NCBI GenBank assembly: GCA_002269645.1
Contig: NIVC01000391.1
Coordinates: 124,001-188,000 of the forward strand
Source of the DNA: Macrostomum lignano
Taxonomy: Eukaryota
Direction of reading: 5' to 3'
DNA length: 64,000 bases
Numbering within the stretch: the stretch's first letter is position 1; every line of letters starts with the position of its first letter. The notes beneath the pieces are model-generated. The model was not told the origin of the DNA and ran no database searches. It saw only the letters and a program-made list of their open reading frames with translations. Below are positions 55,001 through 64,000 of the stretch, piece by piece. The translations under genes and the position numbers were made by a program.

Positions 55001-58000
55001 CTACTGGTCGGGCTCGGGAACGCTGGACATGTACGGCCGGGTAGCGTAACTGCTGCGGTCCTGTGGGTACGCATAGCTCGGATGGCTGGTGTACAGCGAG
55101 GCTGTGCGACCCGGCTTGGCGTGCACAGGCAGCAATGGCTCTCCATGACCCTGCGAGTTTAGGAGCATCAAATTTCCTTTTAGGTTCATTCGCATTTAAA
55201 GCTATCTGAAACACTGCACCACCTTCTCAGGTGTCAGTGTGCTATCTGAGACACTCCACCACCTTCTCAGGTGTCAGTGTCAGTGTGCTATCTGAGACAC
55301 TCCACCACCTCAGGTGTCAGTGTGCTCTCTGAGACACTCCACCACCATCTCAGGTGTCAGTGTGCTATCTGAGACACTCCACCACCATCTCAGGTGTCAG
55401 TGTGCTATCTGAGACACTCCATCACTTTCTCAGGTGTCAGTGTCAGTGTGCTATCTGAGACACTCCACCACCTCAGGTGTCAGTGTGCTCTCTGAGACAC
55501 TCCACCACCACCTCAGGTGTCAGTGTGCTATCTGAGACACTCCACCACCTTCTCAGGTGTCAGTGTGCTATCTGAGACACTCCACCACCATCTCAGGTGT
55601 CAGTGTGCTATCTGAGACACTCCACCACTTTCTCAGGTGTCAGTGTCAGTGTGCTATCTGAGACACTCCACCACCTCAGGTGTCAGTGTGCTCTCTGAGA
55701 CACTCCACCACCACCTCAGGTGTCAGTGTGCTATCTGAGACACTCCACCACCACCTCAGGTGTCAGTGTGCTATCTGAGACACTCCACCACCTTCTCAGG
55801 TGTCAGTGTGCTATCTGAGACACTCCACCACTTTCTCAGGTGTCAGTGTCAGTGTGCTATCTGAGACACTCCACCACCTCAGGTGTCAGTGTGCTCTCTG
55901 AGACACTCCACCACCTTCTCAGGTGTCCAGGTGTTATCTATTGGCCTATAAAAACTATCTGTGCTCATCTGTTTTGACTCACCGGCAAGCGCTGCATCTG
56001 CTCCTCCAGTGATCCGTACAGGTGTACTTCAAGCGGCCAGTTCTGGGTGTAGAGTCCACCTGTAGCGCCGTAGCCCTGGTGCCCTCCGGCAGCCAGTTTG
56101 TCGGCGACGTAATGGACAGTCTGTTGACAGGATAATAGTTGCCAAATAGTGGCCTTTTCAAAGCAGCCTCTGCTACCACCAACCTCACTCCCTACCCCTA
56201 TGCCAGCACCAACCTCACTCCCACCCCCTATGCCAGCACCAACCTCACTCCCAACCCCCTATGCCAGCACCAACCTCACTCCCAACCCCCTATGCCAGCA
56301 CCAACCTCACTCCCAACCCCCTATGCCAGCACCAACCTCACTCCCAAGCCCCTATGCCAGCACCAACCTCACTCCCACCCCCTATGCCAGCACCAACCTC
56401 ACTCCCAACCCCCTATGCCAGCACCAACCTCACTCCCAACCCCCTATGCCAGCACCAACCTCACTCCCAACCCCCTATGCCAGCACCAACCTCACTCCCA
56501 ACCCTATGCCAGCACCAACCTCACTCCCAACCCCCTATGCCAGCACCAACCTCTCTCCCAACCCTATGCCAGCACCAACCTCACTCCCAACCCCCTATGC
56601 CAGCACCAACCTCACTCCCACCCCCTATGCCAGCACCAGCCTCACTCCCACCCCCTATGCCAGCACCAACCTCACTCCCAACCCTATGCCAGCACCAACC
56701 TCACTCCCAACCCCCTATGCCAGCACCAACCTCACTCCCAACCCCCTATGCCAGCGCCAACCTCACTCCCAACCCCCTATGCCAGCACCAACCTCTCTCC
56801 CAACCCTATGCCAGCACCAACCTCACTCCCAACCCCCTATGCCAGCACCAACCTCTCTCCCAACCCTATGCCAGCACCAACCTCACTCCCACCCCCTATG
56901 CCAGCACCAACCTCACTCCCACCCCCTATGCCAGCACCAGCCTCACTCCCACCCCCTATGCCAGCACCAACCTCACTCCCAACCCTATGCCAGCACCAAC
57001 CTCACTCCCAACCCCCTATGCCAGCACCAACCTCACTCCCACCCCCTATGCCAGCACCAGCCTCACTCCCACCCTCTATGCCAGCACCAGCCTCACTCCC
57101 ACCCCCTATGCCAGCACCAGCCTCACTCCCAACCCCCTATGCCAGCACCAACCTCACTCCCAACCCTATGCCAGCACCAACCTCACTCCCACCCCCCTAT
57201 GCCAGCTCCAACGGCCGTCTTACTGTCTGCGCGATGCTCAGGGCGCACTGTTTGTCCTTCTCGTTGTCAAATGCGGACAGCAGAAACTCAACCCCAGCGG
57301 TTGACTGGTGGTCAATCAGGTAGCTGAAATAGTGAGGGACAAATCGGGTTAAACATTTTTCTACGGTTGCATTGCATTCATTTTTCCGGCAAAAAATCTG
57401 CCATAATAGACTCAAATGATGGTGTTATGGTCATTTGTTGTCGTTAGTAAAATAGCAGAATATTACATTTAAAGAGTCAGTTTTACTTCTATCTTATACT
57501 TTACTGATAGTAAAAGCATAAGGAAAATACTTTAAATAAAATGCTTCTTAAAAACGTAGTATCAAGAACCTTCAAGTTGTTAACATATCTGTATTTCAAA
57601 TTTCCCTAAATTTCTTATATCCCAAGATTGACTGGGCATGGTATATGATATGTCCACAGGACTTATTACTGTATTTAATATTGATATTGGTAAAGAATCG
57701 AGACATGCTATCTAAAGCTGATAAATGGGAGACACTCACCGCTTCAGGCACTCCAGCGCCATCAGCCTGTCCGTGCCAGACAGAGAGAACTCGCCAAGAA
57801 TCTGAGTCGCCTCTTGGCAAGTCATCCGACCAAAGCGCTGCAAAGGCAAAGCATTAGGCGATTGTTAATTTTAACCCATTGTGCCCATATGGCGAAAAAT
57901 AGATGCAATTTACACACCGGTTCCAGTAGACGGATTGCCTTGACTCTGTCTGCGGCATCCTTGAACTTCTGCAGGATCTCGATAGCCTGAAGCAGTGGAT

Positions 58001-58513
58001 TTTAATAAATAAATGCACATGTAGTAATATTGCCAATTGTTGGGTAAAACTCAAATGATTAATCAGGTAAATAAAAACTGAAGATTTATTAGTTCAACTA
58101 TTGCGGAGATTCTTTTGCTATACAAAAATAAAAAAAATGAACTTGATATTCTTTATATCAGCACTTTCTCAAGTATTGCATAAAATAAAAAAATCATATT
58201 TAAAGCATTTACCTAAATGTAATTTACTTTTATATTAAAGATCTCCATTCTCCACACAATATACAAAAAAAATATTTTTTCAAATATACTATTTGCTTTG
58301 TTTTAAAACATTTTTACCGAAATCTTACCAGCCAATTCATATTAACATGTTAATAAACTTCAGAAATTGGGTCAACTAACTAACCTGCCGAGACGTAATA
58401 ATTCCATTGCTATTATTTTTAAGGATTTCAAATTTTCTTCTTTTATCGACTGAAGAACAGCTTAATTGGCGAACAACATCTTGGAACTCTTCATTAGTTA
58501 TTGGCCGAGTCAT
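55001..58513 (-). CDS. DUF4476 / PROSER1-N-terminal-like protein, 227 aa; exons 58513-58385, 57986-57918, 57837-57740, 57323-57224, 56120-55983, 55150-55001
   Basis: Manually assembled; all GT-AG junctions are phase-consistent (0,0,2,0,0). Repeated helical pattern AIEILQKFKDAADRVKAIRLL / CQEATQILGEFSLSGTDRLMALECLKRYLID / FLLSAFDNEKDKQCALSI resembles DUF4476. The gene model is firmer than the family call. Confidence 0.75.
55215..55925. repeat. ~36-45-bp minisatellite filling intron 5 of the DUF4476 gene
   Basis: TCAGGTGTCAGTGTGCTATCTGAGACACTCCACCACC units. Confidence 0.92.
56170..57205. repeat. 31-33-bp C-rich minisatellite filling intron 4 of the DUF4476 gene
   Basis: CCAGCACCAACCTCACTCCCAACCCCCTATG units. 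Confidence 0.93.
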
Positions 58514-59562
58514 TTTTCCAGAAGCTGTAAAGGAAAGCCTCCTTGGAGCAAACTGTATTGGTAAAGAGATAAATCAGTCCGAACTTGTTTGTTCAAAACT
58601 GCAATTTCTAGCAACTGTTTACAATGCCAGCAATATTTATAACAAACAAGCTGCATAAATCGCTTCTTAATTAGTGGTTTAAAATATTTATAGCATTTTA
58701 ATATGATAATCTATATTTGCTTGTAATATTGAAAATAAAAAAAACTGTTTTCGAAACTAAATAAATGTGCTTAAAATCAAAGCCTAATTGTAATAAAATA
58801 AACTATTGATAATTTATACGCATTTACCTAACGAACAAGAGAACCACTGTTTAGTAGAAGCAGTGAGGAAAATGAGGAGCAGAGTGGCAGGTAGATCCGC
58901 ATCGTGAAAAAATCTGCTTTCAATTTTTCCCGTGATTCCGGAGTTGCCAAGAGTCCTTCTGTACTACAACAGAGTGCAGTCGATGACATGGATCAATTGG
59001 CAAAGATCGAGATGCTTAAAATTTGAGTAATTATTTACTGCTGTTGTGAAGAAAAAATATTCCTTTTATTATTATGTCACCATTTGGTAAAGCATCTTTG
59101 GTGATTATACATGCATGTACTACATAAGCTGCATGTATAGTACTCATACTCCTACATGCACATAAATAGCCTTAATTCATATCTCACCAAATACGCTGTC
59201 AATAAATATCTGAAAAATGTATAAACCTGGATCAGCGTCACGAAATACATGTATACAGGCACAGCTGGGCTAGGCTTAATTAACTTCTTTAATACAAGTA
59301 CAAGTTTAGCCACCACAAAATAATTATTCGTTGTTCCAAACGCTTTCTTTCTCCCACGGTCTCCTTAGTAATTTTGTTAGTTAGTTGGGCTTCTTTATAG
59401 CAGTATGTGAATACCGTAAATAATGAGATACTATATGTACGTACATGTTCGATAAATAGAAGTTACAATTTTTCTTGCACACTCGTACATACATGCTACA
59501 TGTGTCGCCATGGATTTTTTTGATGGGGGGCAAAACCAAAGAATTCTACATTGCTTCTAATT

Positions 59563-62500
59563 CGCGGCGTCGCCAATTCTCCATCTGAAGCCTCTCGCTT
59601 CGGTTCCGGGAGGGCGCCAACGCTCGGACACCAGCGACCCCGCAATCACACCGTCCGGTGTGCTCAGGGGTGTCCAGTTGGCCGCTCTCTGGGACCACAG
59701 CTGGTCTCGCAGTCCACGCAGCTCCCAGCAGGTGTCTCGGGCTGTGCAAATCCGAATGCAGCTCGGGACTCTGTGAACTGGGACTGAGGGCGCGCCAGCT
59801 GTGGAAGCAGACTGATCGACTGCTGCCTCCGGGCCCGAGCGAGACACCCCTGCGCGCTGCTGTGGCATCAGGGGTTTCGCTTGCTTCTTGACAGGACTTG
59901 TGGCTTAGGTTATTTGAGAACTCGAAAACTACTTTAGCTTGCCACTAAATGTACCGGTGCTTCCCACTTGTCCCAATCGCTGAGATTTCAAGGCTTACGG
60001 GGGGATTTTTAAGCCTTTAAAACTTTTAAGCTTTTAAGGTCTATATGCAAATGTATTTTAACATACACGTTAAGGGCGTTGTGAAGCAGAATACTTTACA
60101 ACGCTGAGTGAAGCGCTTAAGTGCTATGCATAAGTATTTTTTGCCTTTGAAATTTAGGGCTTGTGAAGCCACTCGGCTACAGAAATTACAAGGTTTGTGG
60201 TAAAAAAACCATAAACCTTAGATAATCCTAGGAATTCTAATGCTAAGCTCAAATTAGTATTCCACTTCACCAAATGGTAGCTTCATTTTGGGATATTACT
60301 GCTTCTTCCAAGTAGTATATTCACGCCAATTTCGCTGCGTTTTTAAAGGACCATTGGGCCAACAGTGACCTTACTGGAATAAATCCCCCGTAAGCCTTGA
60401 CATCTCAGCGATTCCCCCCATAAGCTTTGACATCTCAGCAATCCCCTCGTAAGCCTTGACATATACATGTACATATAAAATGTATATATAGAATCGTTAA
60501 TACATACTGTACATGTACATGTTACTGCACATGTGGATACATAGTGTACATGTACATGTATACTGTACACGTACGTATCTCACATATTTAAACTCCATTT
60601 TTCTGTGAGCTCATGCGCATACACTCTCGCTCGACCCCGGAGGCAGCAGTCGATCAGTCTGCTTCCACAGCTGGCGCGCCCTCAGTCCCAGTTCACAGAG
60701 TCCCGAGCTGCATTCGGATTTGCACAGCCCGAGACACCTGCTGGGAGCTGCGTGGACTGCGAGACCAGCTGTGGTCCCAGAGAGCGGCCAACTGGACACC
60801 CCTGAGCACACCGGACGGTGTGATTGCGGGGTCGCTGGTGTCCGAGCGTTGGCGCCCTCCCGGAACCGAAGCGAGAGGCTTCAGATGGAGAATTGGCGAC
60901 GCCGCGGACTTGAAAGCCGCGGCATTGACGAAGTAAGCGAGTTAGAGGGGACACTTGTTCTTCGACAGGACCCACTTCCAGTCGGTCATGGTGTCAGCCG
61001 ACTTGTGAAAGCAGATCCAACTGGCCTGCGCTCTCCGCTTGGAGGCCTCAGGGCGCTCCGGGGAGGCAGATTTATGCTGCCCAAGCGCAGGTCTATTTTT
61101 AGCTCCGTGTGTCACTGCGTGGCAAGGTTGTGAAATTCAGCTTCTCAAAATAGCCTCTGTAATTTCATCATGCCTGCGCTGCCCCAGTACGTTAATTCTT
61201 TTTTTCTGAAATCATTACAGGTAGGGGTCGCTTACAAAAAGCTTAAGCTAAATTTATCCCGTTTTCAGGAGTCTCAAAGTGACTGGTGGATATCACTGAA
61301 CTGCCCTGAGACATTGTAGGCATTGTGAGCAATTTGAGCATTGTGAGCATTGTGAGCGTTGTAGGCATTGTAAGCATTGTAGGCATTGTGAGCATTTTGA
61401 GCATTGTGAGCATTGTGAGCGTTGTAGGCATTGTAAGCATTGTAGGCATTGTAGGCATTGTGAGCATTGTGAGCATTGTGAGCATTGTAGGCATTGTGAG
61501 CATTGTGAGCATTGTGAGCATTGTGAGCATTGTGAGCATTGTGAGCATTGTAGGCATTGTGAGCATTGTGAGCATTGTGAGCATTGTGAGCATTGTGAGC
61601 ATTGTGAGCATTGTAGGCATTGTGAGCATTGTGAGCATTGTGAGCATTGTATTAGGCATTGTGAGCATTGTGAGCATTGTGAGCATTGTGAGCATTGTGA
61701 GCATTTTGAGCATTGTGAGCATTGTAGGCATTGTGAGCATTGTGAGCATTGTGAGCATTGTGAGCATTGTGAGCATTGTAGGCATTGTAGGCATTAGGCA
61801 TTGTAGGCATTGCGGCCATTTTGGGAATGGTTTTCAATCTAATTTGAATTGAATTGAGATCGGTGCAAAGTTCTCAAATTCCAAGCCAGTTGAGTCTGTG
61901 AGCAAGCTGTTTGATTCTAAGGGGGAGAATGAAGCCATTGAAGGTTTTCCCCTTTATGTGAGATTGATTAGACAGCAGACAGCGGATGCATATAATGCAC
62001 TTCACCTGCAGAAACTGCACCTGCCTGCACAGTTGCCTACAAAAATAGAACAACCGGATTGCCATCTGCATCTGTTAGAGCTTTAACAGTGAGCGCTTGA
62101 TTGCTATGCGTGTGGACTTTGAAGCGTCATCTTCTGTATGGCTAAAAATAGCACAGGCAGATATGCAGTTTCTGGGCTTTCGCCTTTGTGGCGCAACCCA
62201 GGGCCAAGCGTCACTCCGCTAATTTGAGGCAATCTATAGCTAAAAATAGACCTGCGCTTGGGCAGCATAAATCTGCCGCCCCGGAGCGCCCTGAGGCCTC
62301 CAAGCGGAGAGCGCAGGCCAGTTGGATCTGCTTTCACAAGTCGGCTGACACCATGACCGACTGGAAGTGGGTCCTGTCGAAGAACAAGTGTCCCCTCTAA
62401 CTCGCTTACTTCGTCAATGCCGCGGCTTTCAAGTCCGCGGCGTCGCCAATTCTCCATCTGAAGCCTCTCGCTTCGGTTCCGGAGGGCGCCAACGCTCGGA

Positions 62501-62716
62501 CACCAGCGACCCCGCAATCACACCGTCCGGTGTGCTCAGGGGTGTCCAGTTGGCCGCTCTCTGGGACCACAGCTGGTCTCGCAGTCCACGCAGCTCCCAG
62601 CAGGTGTCTCGGGCTGTGCAAATCCGAATGCAGCTCGGGACTCTGTGAACTGGGACTGAGGGCGCGCCAGCTGTGGAAGCAGACTGATCGACTGCTGCCT
62701 CCGGGGCCGAGCGAGA
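59563..62716. repeat. Three copies of a GC-rich sequence in alternating orientation: 59563-59844 (fwd, partial), 60625-61104 (rev), 62238-62716 (fwd)
   Basis: Near-identical sequence read on opposite strands. Confidence 0.88.
61305..61812. repeat. 9-bp satellite (GAGCATTGT / TAGGCATTG)
   Basis: Direct observation; lies between inverted copies 2 and 3. Confidence 0.93.
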
Positions 62717-62909
62717 CTCCCCTACCTGTGAAACTTAAAAGTTTCTCCCGGCTTGATGCTCTGTTTTTGAAGCAAATTTTCTGCATGCTGATGCTGCAAT
62801 TCTGCTACTCAGCCGCGATGTGGAACAGTTTAATTATCGTTTAATCGATTCCGGAAGATGGGTGCATGGCTGGGATGCTTGCAACGTGAGAGTATGCAGA
62901 TTTTCCATG

Positions 62910-63005
62910 AGAGTACATCAGAGTATATCGGAGTACATCAGAGTACATTGGAGTACATCAGAGTACATTGGAGTACATCAGAGTACATCAGAGTACATCA
63001 GAGTA
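62910..63005. repeat. 10-bp tandem repeat GAGTACATCA/GAGTACATTG
   Basis: Direct observation. Confidence 0.85.
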
Positions 63006-64000
63006 TGGGTTGATACTCGTAAGTTGCTTTGCCATCTTTGTCTGCAGAATTTAGAGTTCGGTGAGTGGCCAAGTTATTCTGTGCTGTGATGCTATCTAGT
63101 GAGCCTTGAGTCCATTGAGTTAGTCATGAGTCTGTAAGGATTTAAAGTAAATAAAAGGAAAGTAAAAGAGCTGGGCGGTTGTTCTTATTTTATTTAATCA
63201 AAAGTAAGAAGTATGGAGAAGTAGTAAGGAAGTAAAGATTATCCGCTGTGGGCACCGTATATTTATAGCCATCAGGAGCATCATCGGAAACTTCTAGAAA
63301 ATTCTAAGCATTATAACAAAACAAATATTAATTATTTGATTCCTATTAGATTTGCATTAATTGTAGTACTGCTTTACTGTAAAAAATTATACATTGAATA
63401 ATTATAAATGCGAGTATTGAAATTAGTTACTGTGAGAGAATATTTCGAGAATTTAATTTGATTATTTAGAAATTAAATAATTCAAATGCCTCGAACTTTC
63501 GCGAAGGTCACTACAAGTGCACTGAGGGAGTCATGAGTCCATTAAGGGAGCTGTGAATCCATTGAGCGAGTCATGAGTCGGAATTCAGCTAGAGAGACTG
63601 AGATGCAGCTTGTAATGCGGGTTTTCCTACTTTCATTAGTAGCATACTTTAGACATAAGCGGAATTTTTCAACCCGGAAGCTTGCAGGGCCTGTTGTTCG
63701 CGTGAGGTTGCAACTTGACCCCAGGCCTTAGTTCACAATTCTCGCGGAACTGGTTGGAATTATAAAAATAATATTTACAGAGAGCAATTTGATAGATTTT
63801 GATCGCAGGTGCGGGAATACAGGCTGGAGTGACGGATTCAGGCAACAGGTTTTTTATCTTGTTTTCTGTTGATGAGGGTGTTTTCGTGTCAGTTTATACT
63901 ACGCGTATAATTTATACGCGATCCCATTTTGGAATCCCATCTGTTAATCTGTGAAACATTTTTAAAAGTGATAAATTGATTTTTAAAATTGCTACAGTTG

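Noticed and set aside
44150-57205. Tandem arrays superficially resembling CRISPR arrays
   Set aside because: No unique spacers between repeats, no cas genes, and the context is eukaryotic with spliced genes.
46066-57327. Many long repetitive ORFs (e.g. 46076-47013, 50495-51489, 52204-52906, 53130-54298, 56139-57327)
   Set aside because: They are translations of minisatellites, open in several frames and on both strands; several lie inside introns with defined splice sites.
63100-63600. Possible reverse-oriented LTR fragment with repeated TGAGTCCATT/CATGAGTC motifs
   Set aside because: No paired LTR, TSD, PBS or coding sequence could be defined within the window.

Overview
Eukaryotic (invertebrate-animal-like) genomic DNA. 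It holds three spliced host genes: RBM39/Caper 5' exons (minus, running off the left edge), a divergent ceramide glucosyltransferase (UGCG-like, 4 coding exons, plus), and a short DUF4476/PROSER1-N-like gene (6 coding exons, minus, invisible in the ORF track). A ~40 kb transposon island separates RBM39 from UGCG. The standout is a 12.5 kb Ty3/Gypsy LTR element (4310-16820) in which gag, a class III (herpes gB/chuvirus G-like) fusion glycoprotein and pol lie in ONE reading frame in the order Gag-(UAG)-Env-PR-RT-RH-(INT). PPxY and PTAP motifs flank Env, and three tandem paralogous double-RING accessory ORFs follow. This copy carries three TGA nonsense codons and one frameshift. A second, very young Gypsy (21809-31142) has a canonical -1 frameshift, FFAT-like repeats in Pol, an orphan ORF3 and stacked PBS-like units. 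Also present: a nested hAT > MULE-like > solo-LTR stack with a captured USP exon, MULE and Tc1 remnants, a Penelope-type hammerhead ribozyme, a different minisatellite in nearly every large intron, and alternating inverted GC-rich repeats. All calls are by eye; no database searches were run.
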